A stretch of DNA of 57,442 bases, filler included, from Platydemus manokwari (taxonomy: Eukaryota), in NCBI GenBank assembly GCA_037951405.1. It is 5 parts of 5 records of this genome, joined end to end, with 100 filler letters (N's around TTAATTAATTAA, not from the genome) between each part and the next. Parts side by side here need not be neighbours in the genome. Positions count along the whole stretch, not along the records: positions 19,650 to 30,110 come from JBBMOY011131995.1; positions 30,211 to 40,702 come from JBBMOY011129330.1; 3 more parts are not named here. One strand, written 5' to 3'. Numbering within the stretch: position 1 is the stretch's first letter; each line of letters starts with the position of its first letter. The notes beneath the pieces are model-generated. The model made no database searches. It was not told where the DNA came from and was given only the letters and a program-made list of their open reading frames with translations. Shown piece after piece: positions 23,875 to 36,568 of this stretch. The translations under genes were made by a program, and so were the position numbers.

Positions 23875-24859
23875 TTTTCAGGTTATAATTATCGATTGAG
23901 TGAGAACAATGATAATCTAGTAGAATTTATTTAAAATAAATTGAACAGATATGCTTATCTCTCATCCATTGACGTTGCCCGCTTGAAATATCGATCGAAA
24001 ATGTCAATTATATAAATTTTTTTTCACACTATATCTTATTTTTAAAAATTATTACGCCATAAACAAATAACACGTCATACCATAATCATTGTCTTATAAT
24101 CTCAAATCTCTAAATCATTTCTTACCTTAGCACAGATCTTTATCATAATTTCGAATACAAATTTTGTCATATTTTATGTGGTGGATAGGAAAAATCTTAT
24201 CTAAAAGCTACACTTTTATACAATTTCGATTCAAAACAATTAAAACAACAAATTTAAATGTTAATCATCAAGAAAACGTGTTTTTATTTTTTAATTTTAT
24301 TTAATATGACCTTTTTACATATTAAACATATTGAGAAAGATTTTTAGAGTTTTATGCCATTGATTCAGTGTTTTTCTTAAACAGGAATGATTGATGAAAT
24401 TTGATGTCTTCTTCGCGTAATGTTTGAAGACCCTATTCGTCAAACATGTAATTTCTTACGTTTTTAATTTTAGTGAGAGTTGATGAAAGGGTAAGTAACC
24501 CATGTTTAACCGTCGTATTTCTGTCAATTTAGTTTAATTGGTCCAACCTCAAATTCCAGACAAACAATAATTCTTCTTGATTTAAGAAAAAAATGCATGG
24601 GCCGGAAATCAAACTGAACCACAGATGCTGCATCAAAATTGCTTTTATTCATCATTATTATTGTCATACTTATTTTCTCTATCACGTGGGAAAATCCTGA
24701 ATCCCAAAACTGTTGAAAGCTTAGTAGTTTATTTATTATTCAGTAAATTTTCCGAGAACTTTATTTTGTTTGATTTAATTTTTGATGAAATTTGATATTA
24801 ATATTAATTAATTTACTGAATGATTTGTTACCAAATCTATACAGTGTTAAATGCGAAGT

Positions 24860-26840
24860 TATAAATGAATCTATGCCCATAGTACAATGAGTCGGTAGGA
24901 GCATTTGATATGAGATTAGATAAATTAGGAGCACGAGCTTTTGAGTCAAGGAATAACCTGAGACAGATGATTGAAGCCCAGTATATGATTGGATTAAATG
25001 GATATATTGGAAGCGCATTGATAACAGAAGATATTGCTAATTTTGAGCAAGCTATGCAAAAGGCAAAAAATAGAAGTTGTAAATGGAGGTCGAAGTTATG
25101 AACTCAACAAGATAGATAAATTGAGTAAAGATAAACAAAAGAAAATTAATACTGTCACATGGACAGATGAAGTGACCCCAAAAGGTAAAGCAATGGATAT
25201 TACTGTCAAGGATCAGGGTGATCCTGATATTGGAACAATGGAATGAAGAAAAATGAAAAAGATGTTCGAACAATTTCGAAAGGAAGAGGAAAAAGATGAA
25301 GCACAAATGAATCAAATTGATAATAAAGGAATAATAGTTGAAGTAACAATTGAAATAATAACAATTGAAATATAGCAGGGAAATTAGTCCTGGAAACCAA
25401 TATAATGGAGGAAATAATATTAACCAAAATAATAATAACCAATAGAGGAAATCGCCCTGGAAATCGTCACAATGAAAATAATTCGAATAGGGATTTTAAT
25501 GGAAATTATCAAAATCAATGGAATAATTTAAATAAAAATAGTAGAAGACAATGAAGTAATGAGGATTGAGATTCATGGAATAATGATAGGAATAGTTTTA
25601 ATATAAAACGAGAAGCCACAACAGGAGGAGTACTGAATCAAGGATTCAATAAGAGAAATACAGGAAATATCCCAGGATTTTCAAGGGATAAAATGAACAA
25701 AGATGGAAATATACAATGCTATAACTGACAAGAATATGGACATTGAGCAAGAACATGTTCACGACGAATAAATACCTAGATAATAGATATCACTTCCATG
25801 AGATCAGATGGATTGGGAACAATTTAGAACAACAATATCTAGTGTTAGCCGCTCATACTATTTAGAAACTACAAACTAAAATCAAAACAAAAAAGTCAAG
25901 ACACAATCAATTCTATTTTAAATCCAAATATTTAAACAAATATTTTCAATTTTACCTTAATTTAATTTTTTATAAAATTAAATTAAAACATGATTAAAAT
26001 TTGAATAAAATGAAAATGAAAATTGTTTTGAATCAAATTGAAATTCATCAAATATCTCACATCTAGTCTAAAAATTGTAGCGGTAAATGGTAAAACAGGA
26101 GAAAAAAAAGAAATACAAAAGCATTGAAAAAATGGGCTCATAGTGAATGGCTGTTTGAGGAACTAAAGGAAAATGAACAGTTACAAAGGGATACAAAGGG
26201 ATAGAACTAACTCACGATCGAAATCTATTAGACTTTTTATCACAACACCACATAAATGGGATGCAATTGTGGAGGAGAACATTTAAAGAATATCCGATAA
26301 CAGGTACAAAAGTTGGCCGAAACAATGGTCGAAGCAGATTGATTATAGCCAAGTAGTACATGGATGGGACAAGAACGCGTGGATACAGACAATACAAGAG
26401 CAAGAACCATTCAGATGTGATGAATGGACAATCATAAAAGAAAGAGATCTACCACACATAGAGGAATTATGGGGGGATACAGCAAAAGGAAAAGATAGTG
26501 TGATATCTAAAGTAACACAAGGAGAAATAGTGCGAAAACATGAATATTAACCAGATAGAAGGAGCCAAAAACCCAGAAATTGAACACGATGACCTTAATA
26601 CCCCACTCCATATTGAAGAAGATGAACTAAACTGTATGAATGAAGTGTTAAAGACACCCACTAGTGCAGAGATAGAGGAAGTAAGAGAATTCGTAGAAGA
26701 AAGCCAAATCATAAACATTAAAGAAGCAATGCAACGAATATTGAAAACCATGGATAGATTGACTGGATTACAGGAACACGAAATAAAGAGAGCATGTCTG
26801 CATTTCTATGATAAGCTTTGTGATAAGTTTTTAATGTAAA
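24860..26840 (+). mobile_element. Degenerate Gypsy-type gag-protease region
   Basis: Asn/Arg-rich gag tail followed by a decayed CCHC knuckle QCYN*QEYGH*ARTC (about 25715-25760), protease-like LKIVAVNG (about 26068-26091), and several short ORF remnants (24910-25246, 26540-26839). Confidence 0.65.
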
Positions 26841-26859
26841 TCTCTTCCGTATAAATAGT

Positions 26860-28002
26860 GATTGAAATGCTGACAGAAGTAATATATCGCTAGTAATTCC
26901 TTCCTTGGGATACAATACCCTTTCTCATGTTTGCTCATTGCATTGAGATCCGTATGCAATGACTCGTCCATTCCCTTGATTATCTCTTTGCGACAATACT
27001 GCTTCTATAGTGTCGAAACTTGCTTCGGTATTGCGAGGAAAATTTAAATCAAATAATAATAATTTTAAATAATAATTTTAATGAATTTTTTTTAATTACA
27101 ATTTAGAATAGTTTAATAAATTTTAAAATCAAAAATAGTATTTTAAAATTTTATTAAATTATTTAATATAAAGTAATTATTAAATAATTTATATATCTTT
27201 ATCTATATCTGGCTAAGATTGATAATTAAATCTCTTTATAAAAGAAATTTTTATTTGTTTAAAAATTGTATTATTTGCTGGTATTAAATAAATATTAATA
27301 AAATCGTAATAATGACTTCTTTTGTTGAAACATCAATTTCAAGCGAAGCAAATCTTACTGATAGGTATCTAGGATAAACTCTTTATTAAAATCTGGGAAT
27401 GACAAGATCAGAGCTTCTATCAGAGCTTTTTTCATATCTTCGAATGCCGTGCTGCTTCATTCCAAATGAGTTTTTCATTATTTTTACTGCACAATTCTTC
27501 CAGTGCTCTTGATTTTTTCGAGTATTCCTTTATAAATCTCATGTAATATCCACAAATTCCAAGAAAGCTTCGTAGGCTCTTTATATATTTTGAGCTTTCA
27601 AATTTTTCTATTGCTTCAATCTTACTTGGGTCTGTCTAAATACCTTCTTCATTTATGATATAACCCAGGAACTTAATTTCATTTCTCAATTTTTACATTT
27701 TTCTGGATTAATGCGCAGTCCTGCATTTCCTATTCTTTTTATTACTTCTCCCACCTTTTCAAAGTGTTCTTCTATCGCTCTTGAGAACATTAATATGTCG
27801 TCCAAATATACCATGGCTCCTTTTTCTCTCATCTCATAATATTTTTGTCATCAATTTTTGAAATTTTCCTGATGTTGCTGCGATCCCAAAGGCATCGGTG
27901 TAAAACATTATTGCCTATCTTTCATCAAGAATACTGTTTTTTCTTGTGTTTCATTGTCAATTTCTACCTGATAATTTGCATTTCCCAAGTCTACCGATGT
28001 GT
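26860..28002 (-). mobile_element. Gypsy RT-RNase H remnant, same family as 2200-3325, interrupted by a 332-bp insertion
   Basis: Minus strand gives TSVDLGNANYQVEI...QEKTVF, MPLGS, MVYLDDILMFS, GLRINPEK, DPSKIEAIEKF, AFEDMKKALIEALILSFPDFNKEFILDT and SFDTIEAVLSQ...VIAYGS. Clear nucleotide similarity to 2880-3320. Confidence 0.88.
27032..27363 (+). mobile_element. Solo-LTR-like insertion with 5-bp target-site duplication GGTAT
   Basis: GGTAT at 27027-27031 and 27364-27368; the uninterrupted paralog at about 3010-3025 has one copy. Starts with TG. Its 3' 110 bp recur at 3371-3485. Confidence 0.7.
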
Positions 28003-28199
28003 AGGGTACCTAATAGTATTATAAATATGCATTTGATTATAATATGTTCCAGATGAGCTTGAATTCTGTATGAGTTATCTTTCAGAAGTGTTGTTATATA
28101 TATCTGTATTATTATCCTTTATATAATTATTATTTTTACATATAAAATTATTCAGTAAATTCTTGATTTAAAATAAAAATTACAAAAGTTTAACAGTAA

Positions 28200-29228
28200 C
28201 TGTGAACAGTAACCAAAATTTGAATTACGCGGACTTGCACAGAGACGCAAGAGTGTGTGGTAATTCAAAAGATATCAATTTATAAAGCTTAAAATACATT
28301 GATAATAAATTGAAAAGGAATTACATGGTCAATTTGAATTGGATTGTAAGAAGGTCTATAACAAGGACATATAGGAGAAGAAGACATAGAGAAGTTGTAG
28401 AAAATATATAGAAAAGATGAAGAGATTTAGAGAAGATATAAAGAAAATATTGAGAAGATATGAAGAAGATTTTAAAAAGAGAGAAGAAAAAGAAATTTTC
28501 ATTTTGATAAATGTTTGGAGAATTCAATGAAGAGATAATTATGAATACAAGAAAATCAAGTGCTTTAAAAAAATTCGATTTAAAAATTAAAAATTTTAAT
28601 TAAAATTTAAAAATTATAAAGAGGATTTAAAAATTTAAATTGTATAAATTAATAACAAAAAATATTTTAGTTAGTTTCCAATGCTTTGTTTATGAAATAG
28701 AAGCGACTTATTGTAAGGATTTGAAAATGAATTAAAATTTAAAACATAAATTATTTATTTGATTGGTTTAAATAATCACATAAAATACACTTAACGTGTG
28801 GTAACTTGTCAATTCGATTTCAATTCCTGTTTTAAAAAGCCGCAGCGACTTCCATGGTGACCATGTATGGAATTCGATTCTGAGAAGATAAATGACAGAA
28901 AAGTATGGAAGAGAAGCAAGAAGTTATGGAGAAGATTTATAGAAGATTTTTAAAAAAAATGTAAAGAAGACTGGATAAATAGGATTTTTATATAGGTAAA
29001 TATTTAGAGAATTCAATACAGAGATAGATTAAAATAGATAGAAAATCTAATAGCTTAAAGACAGATGAGTGTGAGAATTTTGAAATTTTTAATTAGAATT
29101 TACGTTACAAAAACTAATTGCCTTTTTGAGTTGTTTCAATAATTTGGTAAAATATACTTAAATGCATTATTATTATTATCTTTTAATTCGTTATAAAAGG
29201 GAACTCAATGACATTATAGCGCCTTACA
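28200..29228 (+). mobile_element. Cluster of diverged TRIM copies (clearest: LTR 28712-28854, PBS 28855, LTR 29070-29228)
   Basis: TGTAAGGATTTG...gcagcgacttcca|TGGTGACCATG, purine-rich internal region, TGTGAGAATTTT...tagcgccttaca. A second, more decayed unit has ...ttaca|TGGTC at 28325. Confidence 0.7.
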
Positions 29229-30110
29229 AGTTTGTTAAATATGCTGTGTGTTTGTATTAGCAATTCTGTTGTTATTCCTAATCACGATTATCTGAATCAA
29301 CAATTCACTTGTATGCTTCTTTTGTTGTCACATTTTTTGCTTTCAATTTCCAGATCTTTGTTCGTTTTACATGCCTGTATGATGAGGATGTTCCACTCAT
29401 TTTGTTTGGATATTTATCTTTGCCATCGGGGTTTTCATAACCTTTTGAAAATTTTTTATTTTTATGTCCTCAAACAAAGTGACGTGAACTATTGTCATCA
29501 AACTATAGAAGGAAAAGAAAGTCAAGTAGGGTTTTTGTTGTGGTGTAGGTATTAAATGATGTTTGACAACTCAACATCGAGAGTTCCTTAATAACAAATT
29601 ACTGGACAAGAACATAATATTCACCTAAATGATTTGCCAGACATGCAATATATTATAATGCTTATTTGTGGTCCGAAATGGGTACGATCCTTTTGACTAA
29701 TTAATTATTGTTTTTTTGTTAAATGAATATTGGAATTTATCAAATATTGAGGTTTCGAACATTAATAGTTTTCAACAATTTTTTGCGTTTTCAAATTATT
29801 ATCGATTATATCAAATATTCGCATCTAGCTGTCGAAATATCTGTGAGATATTGGCTAAAGTTAAAAAAGGGTCCTAAAATACAGTTTTAAAATTGTGGAG
29901 TGTATTGCAAAAATCTATATAGATTATTTAATTAAATTCTTCAATAACTTTTTGAATATTTTATTTAAGTACTTGAGTAAAATTTTAGTTATTTAGAATC
30001 AAATAATATATTGCACAGGACTTTTAAAATCTACTAAAAATTAATTATTTGAAAAACGGGTCAAAGTAGGTCAAAATGCAATTAATTGAAAATTAGCGAG
30101 GACCCCTTTT

Positions 30111-30210
30111 NNNNNNNNNNNNNNNNNNNNNNNNNNNNNNNNNNNNNNNNNNNNTTAATTAATTAANNNNNNNNNNNNNNNNNNNNNNNNNNNNNNNNNN
30201 NNNNNNNNNN
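30111..30210. other. Artificial contig linker
   Basis: N44-TTAATTAATTAA-N44. Confidence 0.97.
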
Positions 30211-30449
30211 TATTTTTGGAATTAATAAATTCTATTTTTAGATTCTAATATATTTTTGTAATTATTAAATTCTATTTATAGGATTTGGTTTATTTTTGGG
30301 ATTAAATTATATTATTATATTTGTGGGCGTGATATGTGCTTATGTGACTCATTGTGGGTTGTATTCGGACGCATTATTTTACTTCTATAAAATTCTATTC
30401 CTAATGTAACAAGTAATTATCATTACACACTTATATATATTTTTTTTGT

Positions 30450-31060
30450 GTTGGAGTCACATGTCGTTAATTATGAAGAAAACAATTAATGATGAAGCTT
30501 TCTTCCAAATAGAATAATTAAAAATTAGAGCTAAAATTAAGCTGACACCGAAAAGATGGTATATAATGTGAGAATTTATCGTGGTCCAACGAGCTGTAGA
30601 AGCTGACAGAAAGTGTAATTGGAAACCATGTAAATTTTGTGCGATGCCCTTATTTTACGAAGTAAATAGTCTCTTATGAAGTATCAACATGAAATATCAT
30701 TATTACCAAATAAGAAAGCATCTATAGGGATAAAGCCATATAGCGTCGTCAAACTTTCAAGGCAAAAACAACAGATTAAAATGATGATAATAAAATTTAC
30801 TTTAGTATTTCAATAGCAAATGAAGACGTTTTAAGTATGTAAAAGTTTAAAGAGGATCACCAAAATGATAAAGAATATAAAAGAATGAAAACGCTCTTAG
30901 AAAGCTATCAAAAAATATAAAATAGTGTAAAATAATTTAGTAAAATATTAAAATGTTAAAGATGTCTTGTAAGTAGTACGATGGAAATACCAACATACTC
31001 CTCTCATGCAATAACAAGATGGTGCATTAGGAGGTCATTTATCTTCTATTGAAACAAATA
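30450..31060 (+). mobile_element. Highly decayed Gypsy pol fragments
   Basis: KYQHEISLLPNKKASIGIKPYS (pre-RT), ANEDVLS (RNase H end, N..AD.LS) and DGALGGHL (integrase zinc finger) occur in order, with large deletions between them. Confidence 0.55.
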
Positions 31061-33199
31061 CTTTCAAATAACTAAGTAGTAGTTTCATGATTCTTTCGGG
31101 TTAGAAAGAATTAATTAAAATAAAAAATCAATAATGATACAAAACATAAAATATACATAAAAATAACACAATAATTATGATAAATTCAAAGTAATAACCA
31201 GAGATAAATATGAAAATCACTTCTGAGGACGTTCAAAACCGTACAAACAAAAATAAACAAATTCAAAATATGCAATAGCGGGTAATTACAAAACAAAACA
31301 ACAGTAGTAACAGGACCAGACAATACACTCAGAACAATTACATGACTTCACCACAGTCGTCAGTGTAGATTAACAGCTTTTCTACATATAACCATAATGA
31401 ATTCGAAAATTAACTATAAACTGAACCGATTAAGTACAAAAATATCGAAAATATGAAAATTATGCCAACACGCAGAGACAAATCGTGACATTTGCAACTC
31501 TATGACTTTTCTTTGTTTTAACAACAAACATTATTAATTGCAGTTGTTCGCGTTTATCAGATAAACGCAGTAATTAATTTGATAAATTAAAAAATCAAAT
31601 AAAACGATAACGTTAAGTTTCTTTTGTTAGATGTATCAGTCATGCATAACATAATAAACCTTAATAATCAATGGATGTACAAGATAGTCTTTAAACGTAA
31701 AGCATGTAGATTATGTAAATTATAAAAATGAAACTTAAAATAATCTAGGTTTCAACAGTAAAATAACTTTTAATATAATTTCTAGCTAATGGTAATCCAG
31801 ATCATTTAAAATAAGTAGAGAAATTAATAATTATTAGGCTATTTAACATAGACATTTAACGTGTTTTACAAGAAGTAATCGAATCGATTGATGTGATTAA
31901 CTTCACTAATTTCAATAGCAACTCTCGAAAAGAATAAAACAGCTGGAGATTTCAAATTCAGATCATTGGAAAAACTTTTTTACTTACATATATAAAATAA
32001 AGTCAAATTTAAAATTAACACTGGCTAAATATTCATTCAATAACTTTGAAATAACCAGCACCAATATAAACATTACAAAATCATTAAATCACGGTATAGT
32101 AACACAAAAAAAGAAATTGATTATATCTTGATATATTTAAAATTTCAAATTGGCAAAATTTGTGTTTTCTCACAAAATTCGATTAAACAATAGAAAATAT
32201 TAACGGACGTCATAATTTCGAGCTTTTATATGCTATTTTAATCTGACTTTAGTCTGTTTTTAATATCATTTCATTGATTTTAAACTTAGGTTTTTCATAT
32301 CAATTCATAACAATCATTATTTTTTCTATCTCGATTAAAAACTGGCGTTTTCTGTAGTATATTTTTCAAATTTTTCATTGATAAAACATATCGGATTAAT
32401 TAAAAATTAATAGAAATATTCAGATACAGAAACTTTGTCAAATTTACAAAATTTTCTGGTAAGACAAGATGACTCACAGAATGCACCCACAATCAAAGTC
32501 CGCAACAGTTCCTTGATATTTAATAATGATATCCGTTATTTTGCGATAATTTTAAAACTTTGAATTATTTTGAGTTTGTCTGATTAATTTCAACCGTGCC
32601 ACTAACATATTCTCGAGATTTTGAATCGAATTTTTTAATTAAAATGGATAACATTTCGAAAATATAATTTAACAATGAAGTCTTTATAAAAATAAGGCTT
32701 GGAGGCAGTGTTACTGTGGGATTTTCGCTGTATGTAATAAAATTTAAAAATTAATCTTTCTTTATACAAATTTAATTTATTTAAACCTTCTGTAATAAAT
32801 AAGAAATGATTTTACAAATTTATTTTAAAAAACATTATAATAATCTCTCTCAACATTAATCTTATAATTTCAAAATTTTTATAATATTTTTTAGGATAAT
32901 ATTAATGATCAGATAAAATATCAACCATCTAAATTATTGGATAGCTAAGTATGGTTATCAGTAAATCAGTGAATTCCGCAGAAACATTTTTAATATATTT
33001 TACAAAGTGTATAATAAGCAGCTAATTAAAAGATCTAACATTTTTGGGCTTATTATGTAATAGTAAGTTATAGTAATAATATTATTACTTAAATAAATTC
33101 GCTTAAATATAATTATATATTTTAAATTAGATTTAAAGTAACTAAATATTTTTTCGTTTTAAATTATATTGAAGAGACTTATCTAAATAAAACCCAATA

Positions 33200-33407
33200 A
33201 TAAGGAATCTTAAACAATTAACTCCACTCATATCATGCTATTCGCTGGTACTATTCCCTAAATCACGAAAAAACCACTTACAAGGTTCAATCTAAAAGTA
33301 TATTTAACTCTGATTTTCAAATGTCCTAATATCGCTCTTCACATCTCTTGCTACTGAATTCCTTATTTATTTACTATATATTTTTTTACCAAATTATCTC
33401 TATCCAC

Positions 33408-33442
<35 letters not shown>

Positions 33443-33783
33443 TGAAATTTTTATCCTTTTGATATCCTTTATCTTCTAAATAACTTTTACCTTCTCTATA
33501 TCTTCCACATGTCTTTTCGAAATCCTTTACCTCTCCATATCTACTTTCTGATCTATATCTTCCATACTTTTCTACGCAGATATTCTCAGAAAAAAATTAA
33601 AATCCATGGTCACCATGTTAATGGTTACTATTTCTAAAAATACGAATTTTGAACAATTTAATAGCTTCAACACTCAAAAGTATATCTAACAAAAATATTG
33701 AAACAAATTATCTAAAGGTATTTTTTATTATTGATTTTATTTAAAGTGATAAAATCATTTATAAAAGCTCTAAAAATCCTCAA
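33200..33783 (-). mobile_element. Diverged TRIM copy in reverse orientation
   Basis: Minus strand: TGAGGATTTTT (33782)...atagtaaccattaaca|TGGTGACCATGG (33615-33604), purine-rich internal region containing gaaaagtatggaaga, second LTR start TGTGAAG at 33343. Confidence 0.65.
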
Positions 33784-34186
33784 ATATGCAATTTAAATCC
33801 ATATTTTCAAAATAATTCCATTCACTCATTATATTTAAGACACGGTCCAAATTCACCTCAAGAATATGTTGATATTAAAATTTCGGAATTTATTATCAAA
33901 CTAACATATATTGTATCTAATAAAATACAAGAGAAATCACAAACCATTTGTAGCACATCAATCATCGATATAAGCCAATAAATACAGTGAAAATTTCTAA
34001 AAGAATATCAATAATGAATAAATATATTTATAAAAATAGAGTCAACCAATCGCCAACATCAAAAAACCTCGATACAATTTTTAGCCATCGAACCAACAAA
34101 AACCATCCATCACCAATTCAATGCGATTGTTCATCACATAAATCTATCACAAACGAATAAACAATATGTTATAAACAATATGTTAA

Positions 34187-36528
34187 TCATAATTGCAATT
34201 TATCTAACTGGAATCCAAAACGATTCTGATCAAAACTTTCATTGTTGATGTCGGATAAAATATGCAAAACCGCATCGTGTACAGAAACGAACATTATGTC
34301 TCTTAGATTGTCTTGAGCTAAATTTGCCTTGGCAAACATTTTTCGTATTTTATAATTAGGTGCAGCGAAATATAAGGAAATCCCAACTTTTCGATAAGCA
34401 TTATAGATCTGAACCATATATCGATTTCAATAATGCCATTGTGTCACAAGCAACTTACTTCTCCTAACACTCTGACAGCAACATTATCTACATAATTAAC
34501 CCCACAACAATCGATGATTATGAACTTAATTTCCTGATTTAATTGATGATTGTCAGGAATGTCAAGCTTCTCGTTAAAATCATTGGTAATCAATATCTGA
34601 TTAGTATTGATAACCATAACTTTCTCATCATCAGGAGACTTCGACGATTCGATATGTTTGATATCATCTTTCCTTTCATCAATTATCGATGGTTTCATTT
34701 TCAACGGATTGATACCGGATTTCCGATACAATTTGGCTTGGAAAATTTCGGCATTTGCAAAATAAAACGGAGCATTGAAACGAAATATTTTTATTCCTGG
34801 AATTTCCACAGCCTAATTAAAACATCATTAACATTAAGTACATTACAACATGGACATTTAACAATGCATTTTGTATTCATTGAAAATTCAATATACAATT
34901 GAACTTTGGTCATATTACTCAATTAATTTGTCTCAAAACAGGTGCAATAGCGTATGCTGAACAATTCAAATACATTTCTAAAAAATTAATTAGAATATTG
35001 TCTTCAAAAAAAGACTAAGACTGTTTTGGAATTAATTTTTATCGATTACATTTTCATATCGACTTCATTAAGACAATAGATCAAATAATGGTTAGTAAAA
35101 AATATTCATTTTGGTTAATTGTAGAAATTATAGAATGTAATTTAATATGTATTGAATTAAATATAATCAATAAGAAATGCATTAATCAAAGTTCAATTGT
35201 CGAGTTTGAAAATTTGAAATTAAAATGAATCAATTTTCTCTAGAAAAATTCTTTAAGGTTGTCAGATAATGTAATCCAAAAATTGAGATAATTAATGATA
35301 ATCGTAAACATGTGGAGTGTTTATTGATTGAATCACCATTGACAATTTCGATAGTTAATTCATCGATAAAATAATTTCAAACGTGAAATTCGAATCAACA
35401 AACATTTCACTCAACAGCATCATAAATTTAAAACTTTGTCATTGTCACCTATTGTCATTGCATTTTGGTTTTATATTATTATCAAATAGGGTTATGTAAA
35501 GGATTTCATCAAAATAAAAAATTTGATTTATTGATTTATAGACTATAATTGTCGACATAATATATAATGAATATGCAGCATTATAAAGCATTAAGCTTGT
35601 AAATGAATCTCCGTAGAAACTCCAAATCGAAAGTTTGAACCAATATCGACTATCCTTTTTATTAGGGAGAACACATTCTGAATACAATATTCATCCTAAT
35701 AGACAAGGAGGAAATGATTTCATAATAATTATTCTCTCAAACCACAGCCTTTGTTACTTTATACAATTTGAAACTTCACACTGTATTTGAAATCAAACAA
35801 CATTCTCCATGGATTACGTCATATTATGTCAGAAATCAATAAACAAAAAATCAATGAACTTTTATAATGTATGGACTAAATCATATAAGTCAGTGGAGTA
35901 TATAAAAACTATCGTATCTCAGGAATAGAAACATGATGAATTCTCATTTAATGATTTACTAAATTCTGCAGCACATAACCCTATTCAAGCTTCATTTAAA
36001 TTTAATAAAACTAAAATTTAAAATCTATTTTAAAACAAGATATTTTCAATAATAACAATGGCACAACTCGAAAAATGATAAGTTACTATAAAAATAAATA
36101 TTTTCAATATCAATACTTACAAATAAAACAATACTGTACTTGACTTCATGCTAGTACAGACAAATACGCGTTGTCCGTATCAATGTCAGTCATTTCTGTA
36201 CTCGTATACCTCAACTAGTATGTTTCGTGTTTGTGCTTGATTTCCATTGGTCATTTTTACAATTATAGATGGGATATGTTATTTTTAATGAAAGATTCAT
36301 CTTTGCTTCCATATTGTGTGAGTTTTTGATTACATAATTTTTGTGGTTTATGGTTCCTCTGAATTGATTAAAAAGCTATGGTGGTTGCAATTTGGTTAAT
36401 GCATGACATATGTAATTCGTAATAACAATGGCGATGAATTGACAAGTATCTTTTTTTGTGAAAAATGCTTCCACACAACAATAAAATCACAAATCTTACT
36501 ATTATTATTAGTATTTATTATTAAATTA

Positions 36529-36568
<40 letters not shown>

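Noticed and set aside
24121-24180. Minus-strand ...IKICAK|gtaag as the missing upstream PGD exon
   Set aside because: There is an in-frame stop just upstream, no other similarity to the expected sequence, and it lies across an artificial linker.
28321-29555. Hydrophobic ORFs 28321-28527 and 29232-29555 as membrane proteins
   Set aside because: The first is the pyrimidine-rich reverse strand of the TRIM internal region; the second has a non-ATG start, no splice support and no motif.
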